Assembly (NCBI GenBank): GCA_951406725.2
Contig: OX597825.1
Span: 248,001 to 312,000 of the forward strand
Direction: 5' to 3'
Source of the DNA: Octopus vulgaris
Taxonomy: Eukaryota
Length of the DNA stretch: 64,000 nucleotides
Shown: piece after piece, positions 25,102 through 39,170 of the stretch
Numbering within the stretch: position 1 is the first letter of the stretch
Layout of the letters: each line of letters begins with the position of its first letter
Made by a program: the position numbers and the translations under genes
The notes under the pieces: generated by a model
Databases searched by the model: none
What the model saw: the letters and a program-made list of their open reading frames with translations, nothing else
What the model was told of the DNA's origin: nothing

Positions 25102-26622
25102 GTGTAAATGAATCTTTAAATTTATAAATGGTTCTGCGGTGCTTGCTTCAATACTGATAATAATATGAATAAACAATGTATTACAGTGTTTGTCTCACAC
25201 AATACCTTTGTTTCTCTTTATGGTTTCTGTAAATAAACTTTTTCATAACAGCATTTTTAAATATATTTTGAACATAAAAGAAGCATTGTTCAATTGTTTG
25301 TCTACGAATTCTAAGATGTGTCTGAGAGGGTGGAAAATGGAGAAGCAACCACTGACATAGTTTACATTATCTTCAAGAGTACCTCTTGTTTCTGAAACCA
25401 AAACCACAGCATGGATAAGATAACATAATCGATTGTATTTTAAACTTTGTGAAGTAAAAAGACATATTTATGTCAAAAGGAGAAATCAATATAATTTACC
25501 TGTTTCCATCTCGAACATCAAACATGGACACCCAGAACAAAATAACCACAAAAGGAACGTACAAACATGTATGTTGTTATGTGAAAGCGAATATCTGCAT
25601 TTTGCTTTTCGTAACTCTTTGGTACCATATGTTCGCAAGAGAGGGAAGATATGTCTGTAGCGAATCCTGCATGCATGAAGTGGATTCGATCCAACATAGC
25701 CAAATTTAAATCAATGCTGCCACTGTGGTGCACCTGAGCACTGTATACAATAATTTCCTTATTATTATTATATTAGAACTTTTCCCATGATGGAACAATG
25801 GTTTTTCTCTGACAGCAGTTTTTACATTTTCCAGATGCCTTTTAGCTAGGCCAAAACAATGTCTTCACCACTTGACCCTTTCTAACCTCTTCTACTTCAC
25901 CAAAGGCTAGAATAGAGATAACAAGACCACCAACTAAATCTATTGTTCTCATTGATATATCTATCCTTCTGGGTCTTACCCCAAGCAAAAACCAGTTAGT
26001 CACCAACCCGTGACAACTCAACCAGGTCTGGCTGACCAACCTTGGTCAGAGGGAGAAAGCAACTGTGAGACAAAACCCTACCATTCTCTCTAGCTCTAAT
26101 TCCATTCTCTTACAACATCATTCTATCTCTCTCAGCAATTACTACTAACAACCAAGGGAACCCAAACCAAATATTCTACTGCATCTAACTTTTGCATGCT
26201 TTTGGATTTATCAACCTGCCAAACGAGGCAAGGTATTGTAACGTAACGGTAAATAAATACATTTCTTTAAAAATTCATGCATTGTTCATCTTACACATTT
26301 TACAACTTGCCGTTTTAATAACAAACTCTTATGCGCGCACCGGGATCACTGTTTGCTAGTAGTACCCAATATACCGACCGTTATGTGTCCATGCCCTGAG
26401 CTGGGCCTGTTACAAGTTGAAATGAAGCCCCTATTTCACATCTAGCCTGTCTATTACAGGCTTTACACGGGCCTGGACATACCCTCACATCCCTGTTTTA
26501 AGTTATTATCTATGGAGTTGAGGAATAAAATGAAGGAAAAGTGCATTTATCAGGTACAAAAACTAGGTTCAAAGTTGTAGTTGTCTAAGGATATTTAATC
26601 TTTGCTATAATTATGGTATTTG

Positions 26623-26935
26623 TGGAGGTGCAATGGCCCAGTGGTTAGGACAGCAGACTTGCGGTCATAGGATTGCGGTTTTGATTCCCAGACAGGCATT
26701 GTGAGTGTTTATTGAGCGAAAACACTTAAAGCTCTATGAGGCTCCGGCGGGGGGGGGGGGGGGCATCCCTGCAGTACTTTTTCGCCACAACTTTCTCTCA
26801 CTCTTTCTTCTGTTGACCTGCTCGCTTAGCCACCGGGGTGGCATCATTTGAAGGCATAAACAATGCGAAGCGCATTGTGACCAGTGATGTGTAGCAACAT
26901 CTGATAGCCTGGTCAGTCACAGTGATCACGGTGAT
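26623..26935 (+). mobile_element. tRNA-derived SINE (copies 56949-57250 +, 13850-14112 -, related 27747-27970)
   Basis: TGGCCCAGTGGTTAG...GGTTT(C/T)GATTCCC head. Confidence 0.8.
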
Positions 26936-28356
26936 AATTATGGTATTTATAGTCTAACCAAATGCAGCAAAGTATTAAATCCCGTCTCCTTTAGTCCTGA
27001 ATATCAAATCCCATCATTGTCGACAGTGTTATTATTAAAATAATATCAGTAATACGTTTGGGTAAGGCGGCAAGCTGGTAGAATGGTTACCAAGCCGAGG
27101 TAACTGCTTAGTGGCATTTACATTCCGCCAAGGCCGATTTGCCTTTTATCCTTTCAGGGTCGATAAAATAAGTATCAGTTAAGCACTGGAGTCGATGTAA
27201 TCGACTTAATCCGTTTGACTGTCCTTGTTTGTCCCCTATGTTTAGCCCCTTGTGGGTAGTAAAGAAATAGGTATTTAACGAGGGGAGCTGGCAGAAGCGT
27301 TAGCACGCCAGGTGAAATGCATAGCTGTATTTCGTCTGCCGTTACGTTCCGAGTTCAAATTCCGCCGAGGTCAACTTTGCCTTTTATCCTTTCGGGGTCG
27401 ATAAATTAAGTATCAGTTACGCACTGGGGTCGATGTAATCAACTTAATCCATTTGTCCGTCTTTGTTTGTCCCCTCTGTGTTTAGCCCCTTGTGGGTAGT
27501 AAAGAAATGGGTATTGTGGATGGACACACACACGCACCCACACATACACATACGACAGGCTTCTTTCAGTTTCCATCTACCAAATTCACTCACAAGGCTT
27601 TGGTTGGCCTGAGACTATCGCAGAAGACACTTGCTCAAGGTGCCACGCAGTGGGACTGAACCCGGAACCATGTGGTTGGGAAACAAGCTTCTTACCAGAC
27701 AACCACGCCGGTGCCTTTATTTAATATATTCTATATTCACAGAGTAGAGGCGCATGGCTTAGTGGTTAGGGTGTTAGCATCATGATCGTAAGATTGTGGT
27801 TTCGATTTCTGGACCGAGCGACGCGTTTGTGTTCTTGAGCAAAACACTTCATTTCACGTTGTTCCAGTCCACTCAGCTGGAAAAAATGAGTAACGCTGTG
27901 ATGGACTGGCGTTCCATCCAGTCTGGGAACACATACACCATAGAAACCTGGCCCATGAGCCTGGCTAGGCTTTATTATTTATATTTACAGACTCCCCACA
28001 TAGTCACTGATATCAGTAAGGCCTCCATATAGTGTGTTTGACATCTTTAACGACTTCAGTGTGTTTGACAGAAGTAGGGTGTTCAGGCAGTGTGTTTGAC
28101 ATCAATTAGGCCTTCATATAGTCTATGGGGTATGAATGTGATATCTGTTTGATATGAAAATAAATGACCGTTCTCACTCGCGAGCGACTCTGACTTGGTA
28201 ACATGTACCATAGCTCCACTTATTATTTTAGGTGACCGTGTTGTCACGAGCAAGCATAGGTCCTTTCATGCGTCTATGTTTGCTGTGTCTGAATCAATGA
28301 TGACCCCAAATACTTTGCAAGTGGGAGCTTGGTCACATCAAAGATATTTCAATATA

Positions 28357-28922
28357 TTGGGTTGTCCGGAAAGTTCGTGCCGATTTATAGTAGCTTACCT
28401 TTTGACTTATTTTAGAACATGGCTGAGTCCATAAAGCAGGATTTGACTATACCTCCATTTAAAGCACACTATAAGCTATCTTTTCATGAATGAAGGTTTA
28501 TATTCCTATAACCTGTGTTAATTCTGTAACCCTTTAAAATGGAAGATAAGAAAGTTCATTTTCGGCACTTGATGCTTTGGAAACCAGACAAAAATTGCTG
28601 CTGCTCTGCTTGGATGTGTTACCCCACCCTCCATATTCACCAGATATTGCTCCTTTGGATTTCCACTTATTCAGGTCTCTGCAGAATAGTCTTAATGGTA
28701 AAAATTTCAATTCCTTGGATGACATAAAAAGATACCTTGATGAATTCTTTGCCATAAAACCACCTCATTTCTGAGAAGAGGGTATTTTCAAGTTAAAGGA
28801 AAGATGGAGATGCATTGTGCAACAAAATGGTTAATATTTGTTTGATTAAAAATGTAATGGCAAGTATTTATTGACCTTTCTCTTTCCTTTAAAAATCGGC
28901 ATGAACTTTCCGGACAACCCAA
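28357..28922 (+). mobile_element. Internally deleted mariner, copy 2
   Basis: Same TIRs, length (566 bp) and deletion junction as copy 1. Confidence 0.95.
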
Positions 28923-29012
28923 TATTTTCATATTCATTTTTCACTCCTTAATCTTAATTGAATAACATTGTTGTTGTTGTTAAGTGATTATAACTTAATT
29001 CTTTAATTTCAG

Positions 29013-29091
29013 AGGTGCCAGTGCTGTTGTATATGCCTGTCGGAATAAAAAAGATAACACCCAATGGGCAGTGAAAAAGATTGCCAAAAGG
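29013..29091 (+). CDS. CAMK4: CaMKIV-like kinase, coding exon 2 ([R]GASAVVYACRNKKDNTQWAVKKIAKR)
   Basis: 79-bp exon with tttaatttcAG acceptor and GTAAGT donor; splicing gives the Gly-rich loop LGRGASAVV and the AVK catalytic lysine motif in frame. Confidence 0.92.
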
Positions 29092-29157
29092 GTAAGTTTA
29101 ATTTTAGCTGTAATCATGTCTGCATTTGCTATATGTATGTATGTGTGTGTGGGGGTA

Positions 29158-31049
29158 TCTCTTATTATAAAAGGCAGATTTTCTCTGCCTCCCTTTGTCA
29201 GTTATAGAAATCTACAATATAGGATTTCTTCAATTACAATTTACCTAGCATTTTTAAGAGTAGAATGCATCGGGTCGTGCCAGGTCCACTTTTTAAAATT
29301 TCAACCCCAATTAAGCAAAATTTAGAGAAAACTCACATTCTGGTGTATGAGTCAAATGCTTCTCTTAGTGTGGGATACAGCACACGCAAATGCACACACA
29401 CAGTGTGCAAAGAATAACGCGAAAGTAATTCACTTTCTGTAGTGAGTGACTCTTTCACTCTGCCTCCCACTTCCTCTTTACACACATAGACACGCAAATA
29501 TATAAATAAAATTGTAAGCTAACGTGCGTGTGTGTGTGTGTGCGTGTGTGTGTGTGTGTGCGTGTGTGTGTGTGTGTGTGTGTGAGGGTGCGTGTGTGTG
29601 CGTGTGCGTGAGTGTGTGACAGGAAAGTTTTTTAGGACGAATATAAGACCTATATCCAAGTAGCAGAAAGATCGCCCAAAAGTGTATATAGATATTTAAA
29701 TGTATTTATATATTCATCTATACACAGATGTATGTATAATGTGTGTGTATATATTTCCATAGAGGTAACCTTTCACTCCATACAAAGTTTTTTAGGACGA
29801 ATATAACATCTAAAGTATATACAAGTAGCAGAAAGATCGCCCAAAAGTGTATATAGATATTTAAATGTATTTATATATTCATCTATACACAGATGTATGT
29901 ATAACGTGTGTGTATATATTTCTATAGACGTAACCATTCACTCCGCACAAAGTTTTTAGGATGAAAATAAGATCTAAAGTTATCTCTAAGTAGCACAACG
30001 ATCGCCCAAAAGTGTATATAGATATATAAATGTATTTATATATTCATCTATGCACACATGTATGTATAACGTGTGTGTATATATTTCCATAGAGGTAACC
30101 ATTCACTCCATACAAAGTTTTTTAGGACGAAATAAGATCTAAAGTTATCTCTAAGAAACAGAAAGATCGCCCAAAAGTGTATATAGATATTTAAATGTAT
30201 TTATATATTTATATATAAAAGAAAGGTGTGTCTGTCTACTCCGATTTAGATTCCTAACTACTCCCACATTTTGCGATGCAGTTTAACCAAAACCGGGTAT
30301 CTTATAGTCGTCATTCATATCGAGCCCTTCTGGGTATTAGCGCGCATCTACGATGAGTCTATGATTTTACAAATAATTTACCATCATTTTTTTCCATTTT
30401 AATGCATATTTTTTTAAATAAAGGGAAGTAACTCTCAAACTTCACACCAATATGCGTGCTCATATGCGACGTAATATCACATCAGCAGCATTTCCTCACA
30501 CCCTCCTTGCACTTGGCGAAGGCGAAATACCAGGGGATGAAAATGGTAATATTGCCATCGATTCCATTTGTACCATTGTTAAGACGCCTTCTGATCTCAG
30601 AGATGCAGTGTTCCCAGATCTACAAGCTAATTATCAGAATATGGATTGGATTGGCAAAAAGGCTATACTGGCCCCGAGGAATAAAACTGTTCACCATATT
30701 AATGATGAAATGCTAAAACTCATTCCTGGGGAAGTCTATGTATATCAGTCTATCGATACAACTCCTGACCCAGAGGACGTCATCAACTATCCAATAGAGG
30801 TACTCAATTCCTTTGAGCACCCCGGACTACCACCACACTTTCTCAAACTTAAAGTTGGTGCCCCTATAATGCTCATCAGAAATTTGGTTCCCCCAAAACA
30901 ATGCAATGGCACACGCTTGATCGTTAAGTCCTTATCTCCCACCGTAAACTTATATCAATATTTGCTTGAATAATCATCATAATTCAGTGCAATCATTAAC
31001 AGTACTTTCAAGCAATTCAGCCCCGAGCAACGCCGGGCAATTCTGCTAG
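29158..31049 (+). mobile_element. Helitron with Pif1-type helicase fragment (30452-~30945)
   Basis: A|TC start, CCCGAGCAACGCCGGG hairpin then CTAG|T; AILAPRN, LKLKVGAPIMLIRNL, CNGTRL motifs. Confidence 0.9.
29623..30215. repeat. ~163-bp tandem repeat, ~3.6 copies, inside the Helitron
   Basis: Unit AAAGTTTTTTAGGACGAA...GATCGCCCAAAAGTG recurs near 29623, 29784, 29948 and 30114. Confidence 0.9.
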
Positions 31050-31083
31050 TATATATATATAATCAAAATGAGGGTGAAAAAAA

Positions 31084-31395
31084 TCTCTCTATATATAAAC
31101 GGCAAAATGTCTGTCTGTGTGCGTGTCCTTTATACAAATCCACAATTTTTCAGTTAGAGGGCTTGCACTTTCTATGGTCATTCAAAACCATCCAAGGGTG
31201 GTCATGCACATCTTTACATTTCCCCAGTCACCCTGCAAAGCCATTAAAAAATCAATAGAAGTGACTTTTTTGTGAATTTTCTATCCAAAACCCAATCAAA
31301 ATGCCTGAAACTTGATACGCCAATTGAATGCCAGCTAGCTGTATGTGTTTGGTTGGAGATTTGGACAGTACTCGCGTGTATGTGTGCATGCATAG
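31084..31395 (+). mobile_element. Probable Helitron 5' fragment
   Basis: A|TCTCTCTATATATAAA...TGTCTGTCTG start like other Helitrons here; no 3' end seen. Confidence 0.45.
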
Positions 31396-31649
31396 TGTTA
31401 GTTGGATATTAATTTGATAACATCAATTTTAACACCAGTGGTCTAGCATATAAAAAAACTGAGATTCAGTAAATAGTATTTCATACATAAATATAAGAGG
31501 GAATTTTTTAACCACTATGTGGAAACCCTTATGCTGGAAGAAGATCCACTATGGTCTTAACCACTAACAATTCTTAGTGGTTAAAACCATAGCGGATCTT
31601 CTAGCATAAGGGTTTCCACATAGTGGTTAAAAAAATTCCCTTGTATATT

Positions 31650-31694
<45 letters not shown>

Positions 31695-31801
31695 AAGTTG
31701 TATGAAAAAAATTTATAACATTCTTCTGACATAATGACTCAAATATATATTTTTTAACCTTTTAAAACAAGCCTTCTGTAGTTTTTTCACTTTTTACTAT
31801 T

Positions 31802-31840
<39 letters not shown>

Positions 31841-33144
31841 CACACAGAGATAGGCACTGTTAATCAAAAAGTTAAATTTGTTAATCAGTTAACCAAAAAG
31901 TAACTTCGTTAATCGTTAATTCTTTGAAAATGTAACAGAAGTTGACGTGAATCTGTTAACGGTAATTTTTTTATTGAAAAAAAGCCATAACTACAGTTTA
32001 ATACCCAATCGACTTTGTTGTCTCATAATCTCCAGAAGAATTGATACTTTTTAACGAAACTTTCACCAAATAATCGCTTATACCCTGTAGATTGAGTGTA
32101 TGTAAAGATTCGTTGGAAAAGATTTTCTGAGGGGTTGGGGAGAGGAGTTTCATAAAATTCACAGGACCCGACATTTTCCCCCTCATGAATTTCTGGAAAA
32201 TAGGTATTTTTTAATGAAATTTTATACAACTACCTTTCAAACAGTGTAGATTACGATTGCAAAGTAATTTGTAGGGAAAACTTTTGGAGGTGGGGGGGTT
32301 CTGGAAAACAGAGTTTCGGACCAGGCGGCAGCCCACATAAGTTGGAATTTCTCCGTTTTGACGGGGATTTTTTTTCTTTTTCCTCCAATGTTTTTCGCCA
32401 AAGTCTTCATAATGATGGGAGGTATCTTTTCCCGAAAAAAGAGAAAGAAAAAAAATTTTGAAAATTTGTTTTTTCACTCCTGCCACCCCCTCACCACCTC
32501 GAAACGATTTTGGCCATCTTTTTTTTCACTATGCACTTAAAACCCACGAGAGAAATATTTTCGGTTTAAAAAAAACAACATTGTTAATAATTTCAGAGGA
32601 AAATTTGTGATTTAAGGGAGATTTGGCTGTTGTTTCTAGCATATCCCAAAACCTTCCTCCTCATTTCTTTCTCACTCACACATCTATTGATATTTTTCTC
32701 CTCATGAACAAATTTTATGAAATGTTGATATCAAAGTAACGCATGTGTAGTCCCAACCGAACAAGGCTGTGTTATGTGTAAGAAAGAAAAACACCTAAAA
32801 ATCTTTAGGGTTCATATTCTTTTCAACTCTAGGAACAAAACCTGAAATTTTGGGGTAGGGGGCCAGTCAATTGGGTCGACCCAAGTATGCAACTGGTACT
32901 TAATTTATCGACCCCAAAAGGATGAAAGGCAGAGTCGACCCATTACAACACAAGGCCGAATGCAAGGTAATGAGCAAGAAGATTTACAAAATGAGAAATT
33001 TTGTAAAGAATTTCGAATTAGAAAACAAATCTAAAGTGGCTTGTAAACATTTGACATCTACTTCTAGCATATAGGCGTTGGCATTCCAACGCCCTAATGC
33101 TTAATACATACACACACACACATGTATGTATGTATGTATGTATA

Positions 33145-33540
33145 ATAGTAATGAAATCATCGTATACAGTGCTCAGGTGCATCACAAATTGTCAGAAGTG
33201 CATATAAAGTATATGCAGTAATGTACAAATGTCTGGAAAGCGAACAGTGTATGAGTCAGATACATGCTTGCGTGTGTATGGAGGGGAGAAAATCAGGTGT
33301 AGTGTTGGCGAATCTCAGGAAGCATGGAAGTTTTGACTAACAACTGATGCCGGCAGTTTGTTCCATACTTCAGCAACTCTTAGCACGAAAAAAATGTTTC
33401 CAAAAATCATGGGAGCTGTGTGCTGTTTTCTGACTTTGTAAATATGTCCACAGGTGTTAGACAGATGGAGTTTGAAAAGGTGCTCAGAGTTATTGTTTGT
33501 AAGATGGTTAATAATTTTATGGGTGTCAGCTGCCAGACGT
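33145..33540 (-). mobile_element. CR1-like LINE 3' end
   Basis: T.GHIYKVRK...FF.LRVAEVWNKLPASVV; matching tail at ~25720-25775. Confidence 0.75.
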
Positions 33541-33819
33541 CGGAGTATGTATGTATGTGTGTGTATACATGTACATACATATACATACATATATAAGTGT
33601 GTGTGTGTGTAGAAAGGTAATAAGTGTGAATGTGACAACCGTCCTGGCATATTACTGCTCTCTGTTAAGGAAAAATTCTCTCTATAGTCATCTTAAACAG
33701 AATTAACACTTAGTCAGTTCTATCCATCAAGAGAGTTGGAGTAAGTTTACACTTAGTCAGTTCTATCTATCAAGAGAGTCATGTCAAGGCACTATATTAG
33801 ATATTATATTCAGTTTGTG

Positions 33820-35110
33820 ACAAGTCCAAGAGAAGACCCGGGGGCACAATAAATATATCTATATGGTATTTATTGACCTTATAAAAGCCTTTGACTATGT
33901 ATGTCAGCAGACTTTGTGAAAAGTATTAGCAAAGTTTGGTATTCCTGAACGAATGCTAAATGTCATCGTGTCCTTGCATAAAGATATGGAGACATCTGTT
34001 CCCTCAAATGGCATTTAATCTCAGCCTTTTGATATTAAAAATGGTATAAAATAAGGCTGTGTTTTGGCACCAGTATTATTTGCACTACATTTTATAGTAA
34101 TGCTGGAGTGTATCTTCTCTGATGTAGAAAAGGGTTAGGGTTAGCCATATCGGCCTTTGCCTTTCCTTTGGATAACATCAGTGGTGTGGAGAGGGGAGGC
34201 TGGTATGCATGGGCAACTGCTGGTCTTCCATAAACAACCTTGCCCGGACTTGTGCCTCAGAGGGTAACTTTCTAGGTGCAATCCCATAGTCATTCATGAC
34301 CGAAGGGGGCCTCCTCCATATATATATACATATATATATATACACCAGGGTTTTCCGAAAATCTGCACAGGGCTGTGAAAATGGAAAATTCTATTTTGTA
34401 AAACTATTTCTTGAAGACAGGAGAACGGGTGGCACCTTCAATCAACAACGTTTCAAACTAAGGACTAAAGGCTGCATCTCAAACTATAAGAGACTTACTG
34501 TTTGTAGATGAGTGCGCCCTAGTTGCTTATACACTAGAGAACACCCAGTACATCAATTTCAGATTTGCAGCAGTAGCCTGATCTTTTAGCTTAACTATTA
34601 GCATTAAAAAATCTGTTGTATCAACCACACCCTGGTAATAATCTAGAAACCTTGCCCAGCATATTTGTAGAAAACAAAGCTTTGAAAACAGTTCATGCTT
34701 TCACATATTTGATGCTAAACTCGATAGGGAGGTTCAAACTCATATTGGAAAGGCTAGTCATCATCATCATTGTTCAACCATGGTCGAGACAACGGAATTT
34801 ACCATGCTACGCCAGACTTCACGGTCCATCATAGCATTACGGAGGTCCTGTTGCTGGATGCCTGTATCCCTGGCTAGTACAGCTTTTGAAAAGCTTTATG
34901 ATCAACTTTGGTAATGCCCATAATGTCTCAGAACAAAAATAGAATTCATTTGTCCTAGAACCCTTATCGTATGCACATTAGTCAACAGAACAGCTTTCAT
35001 ATGACATGTCTTAGACAAATATGCGAAGTTAAATGGGATGATGGAGATAAAAATAGCACTATCCTAGAAATGTGTAGACTACCTTGTATAGCGGCAGTTT
35101 TCTTGTTCAA
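33820..35110 (+). mobile_element. Old RTE/BovB-like RT remnant with nested family A tail (34758-34870)
   Basis: FIDLIKAFD, KFGIP, G.K*GCVLAP.LF; nested insert has TSD GGCTAGT. Confidence 0.75.
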
Positions 35111-35115
35111 GTCTC

Positions 35116-35769
35116 AGATCTTTTCGCTTTGACTGGCAGATTTTTAAAATAATTTCTTTGTAACCAAACACTTTTAAACTTCGTATACTGGTAGAATGTG
35201 TTACATAAAACATCTTTTTCTCTTGGCTTTCTTGAGAAAATTCTGTAGTTTGTAAGCTATTTCTTGTTTAATTTCTTGCATTTAGTAGGGTTAGGGGTGG
35301 GGGGAAGGGTATCTTTTTTTCTTCAGAAATGTAAATAAACCCAATCTGTTTCTTAAACGAATATATAATATGTAATGTGTGTATCTGTGCAACAGAGAGG
35401 GAAATTAAAACTGCATGTTGTGAACTTAGAATGTGTGTTTATTAATAAAAGTTTAATAACAATAATCTTTTATTCATACGAACGTAACTGATATGAAATA
35501 TGTCATAAATAACAGGGACAAACTAAATATAGACTGCAGAAAGTTGTTGCTGACAAACAACAGCAGAAATTGTATTCACCTCAATAGACGTCATTGATTG
35601 GTTGAAATTGCCGAAGTGCAAGAAATAGCTTACTAACTACAGAATTTTCTTAAGAAAGCCAAGAGAAAAAGATGTTTTATGTAACACATTCTACCAGTAT
35701 ACGAAGTTTTAAAGTGTTTAGTTACAAAGAAATTATTTTAAAAATCTGCCGGTCAAAGTGAAAAGATCC
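35116..35769. mobile_element. Same long-TIR family
   Basis: 8-9-bp TSD CAAGTCTC(A). Confidence 0.85.
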
Positions 35770-36700
35770 CAAGTCTCAGATGCGGTGATGTGGGCACATC
35801 CTCCACATGAATAATGATTGAAAATGAAACATCTGAATATTACAAAAGAAACTTTGAGAATCTTGCGAGAAACTGTGCAGATTGGCAGAAAGAGTACTTT
35901 TTTCAGTTTCAAAATTTTGAAACTCAAAGGAAATCAAGGTCGGTTATGGGAAAATCGGAAAATAAGCCTGACAACTGATATGAAGTGAATGAATTGTAAA
36001 CATGGGTAAATTGTTGTAACAGTAGTGTGAGTATGTTGTTGATTGTCCATTTGTGTGCCAGTATTGTTTTCCGGTAGAACAGACAGCTTTTTTTTCTGTT
36101 TCTGTCTCTGCTATTATTACGTGATTCTTGATGGGATATTTTTTCTTCCTCATTTGTTTTCTCGCTGATACTAATATGACGTCTTCGACGGAAGAGCCCG
36201 TCATATATGTGTGTGTGTGCACGTATGTATTTTAAGTAGACAACTTCGTTGTTTTTTACAAACAAAACACTAGAACTCTTTTTTTTACTCTTTACTTGTT
36301 TCAGTCAGACTGTGGCCATACTGGAACACCGCCTTTAGTCGAGCAAATCAACCCCAGGACTTATTCTTTGTAAGCCTAGTACTTATTCTATCGGTCTCTT
36401 TTGCCGAACTGCTAAGTTACAGGGACATAAACACACCAGCATCGGTTGTCAAGTGATGTTGGGGGGGACAAACACAGACACAGAAACATATACACACACA
36501 CACAAACATACATACACACATACATATATATATCAGGCGCAGGAGTGGCTGTGTGGTAAGTAGCTTGCTAATCAACCACATGGTTCCAGGTTCAGTCCCA
36601 CTGCGTGGCATCTTGGGCAAGTGTCTTCTGCTATAGCCCCGGGCCGACCAATGCCTTGTGAGTGGATTTGGTAGACGGAAACTGAAAGAAGCCTGTCGTA

Positions 36701-36745
<45 letters not shown>

Positions 36746-37637
36746 TTGTGTGTCTGTGTTTGTCCCCCTAGCATTGCTTGACAACCGATGCTGGTGTGTT
36801 TATGTCCCCGTCACGTAGTGGTTTGGCAAAAGAGACCGATAGAATAAGTACTGGGCTTACAAAAGAATAAATCCCAGGGTCGATTTGCTCGACTAAAGGC
36901 GGTGCTGCAGCATGGCCGCAGTCAAATGACTGAAACAAGTAAAAGAGTATATATACAACAGGCTTCTTTCATTTTCCATCTACCAAATCCACTCACAAGG
37001 CTTTGGTTGGCCCGAGGATATAATAGAAGACACTTGCCCAAGGTGCCACGTAGTGGGACTGAACCCAGAACCATGTGGTTTGTAAGCAAGCTACTTACCA
37101 CACAGCCACTCCTACGCCTATATGTTAGTAAAAAATAAATAAAAACGCAATTATTGGCGTGTATACTAAGCATAACATTTAGATAACGTTAAATTATATT
37201 CACTGTATTATACACACAGTGTAATATGCATGCCGTAAATCACTAAATATCACACATATATATAGACATAAATATACACACATATATAGATGTATACACA
37301 CAAATATATATATAAATGTATACACGTGTGCACACACACACGTTCTTTAGTCCTTACACCTGTTTCGGTCAGAGGCTGAAGCTATGCTAGAGCACCAACT
37401 TTCAGTGTGTTCGGATTTCTTTTCTGTACTGTCTTTGGTGAAGTAGCAAGATGGACAGAGCTGCTCTTTTTTGTGCCTTCTTTTAACAATTTGGGGAGTT
37501 TACCATATGCAATGCAAGGGAACTTTGGGAAAGTATCTGCAGTGGTTTCGCAAGAGTTTTCTTTCATGTATTTAAAAGAACAGGTGTGTAGCATATCTGA
37601 TATCCTCACTGTTTGAGAGACACAATAAGAATGATCT

Positions 37638-38015
37638 TGTTTGAGATTACAGCCATCTTTGGCTAGTTTGACTCTGTTGTGTCCACTGCTCTGATTGGTT
37701 GGCCTTTGGTGCGGTTTGTCTCTCTACTGTGTAAAGCCAACCAATCACGACCTTCGGATAAGATGCTTCATTTTGAGCCACCTTAGCCCCTTAAATAGGC
37801 TACCATTTTCACTATTCTCTGTCTTTCGGCTCCAGATCTTTTAAGGTCTAGTCACTGACCACAGAGCTACTCAGCTATGTTCCAGCTACAGAAAACTGTG
37901 CGGCGTTCAAAGGAGACCTTTGTCACCAACTCCTTATGTATGGTCGGTTAACCCTACAGGTGGAAATCCATCTGGGCCCGTTCCTGTGTTCAGCTCATCG
38001 ATGGCCGATATTACA
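37638..38015 (+). mobile_element. Possible solo LTR
   Basis: TG...TACA, CCAAT boxes, TATA-like motif, imperfect ATCT TSD. Confidence 0.35.
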
Positions 38016-38497
38016 TCTTCGTCTTTAAAGTCACTGTAATTGATAGTTGTGTCTTTCCCATGTGGATCTACATAATAACTCATCAGGTTTACTTATTTGC
38101 GTGTTTTACACAGAGAGTTAAAGACACTTTGGAATTGTTTATTTATCAATTATTCTCCTGGGGTCTGCTGTTAACGAGCTGTCTTCTTCAATCATGCAGT
38201 GCACGGAGGCAGACACTTTCTTGTAGAAGGCTTTTTATATTTTCCACCGCCCTGGTTTCTCTTTCTATCTCTTCCTTTTCATGAGAAGGTTTAAGTTTAT
38301 TGTCTCTTTGAGTAGGGATTTCTTGCTATCACTAATGATGCGGTTGAGCATCATTATTCTCCAGTTCATAAAGACTTTTCTGTCTCAGAGAATGATGATT
38401 TTGTAAGTTGTCGCTCTCTTCTCTGGGACAAATTTAATGCAAATGGATCGCATTATTGACATGAACTCTTCAAGTTTCATATCAATATCTTTCATAA

Positions 38498-39170
38498 GTA
38501 GAATTGGTTCGACTGTGGCTTTGAAGATTTTAAGTTTGAAATCTCTACTTAGATTTGATGACCAGATCTTATGCATATCATTACAGGCTGACCAGGCCAT
38601 CCCCTTTCTAGTTAGAAAATCTTTTTCAGATGATGATATGTTTAACCCAAGATATTTGTAATCAGAAACCATATTTAAGAGCGTATTGTTGAGAGTATTG
38701 ATGATGAAATCACTGTTGGACAGGCACTTGTTTACATACTCAAAGCCACAGTCGAACCAATTCTACTATATGGCTCAGAAACCTTGACGTTATCAAAGAA
38801 GCTTGAGAGGCAGTTGGATGGAACTTACACTCGCCTCCTTATGAGAGCTCAAAATCTCTCGTGGAAGTATCATCCAACCAAAAGTACAAATATATGGGAA
38901 ATTACCACCTGTATCATCTCTTGTGAAAGGTAGAAGAGTCCAGTTTGCTAGACATTGTTATAGAGCTGAAAATGAGGTAATTTCTACTCTTCTCCTCTGG
39001 AAGCCATCTGCTCGCGATACCAGAGGGCGCACACGCTCTTACCCGGATGTAATCTCCAGGGATACAGGCATCCAGCAACAGGACCTCCGTAATGCTATGA
39101 TGGACCGTGAAGTCTGGCGTAACATAGTAACTTCCATTGTCTCGACCACAGTCGAACAATGAATAAATGA
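38498..39170 (+). mobile_element. RTE LINE family A with 5' inversion
   Basis: 38498-38738 on minus, 38742-39162 on plus; TSD ATCTTTCATAA. Confidence 0.88.

Noticed and set aside
26237-26414. TGTAAC...GTTACA short LTR-like segment
   Set aside because: No TSD and no second copy in the window
29623-30215. CRISPR-like periodic array
   Set aside because: Whole units repeat without unique spacers; eukaryotic context, no cas genes
30452-30973. Host PIF1 helicase gene
   Set aside because: Partial, intronless and enclosed by Helitron termini
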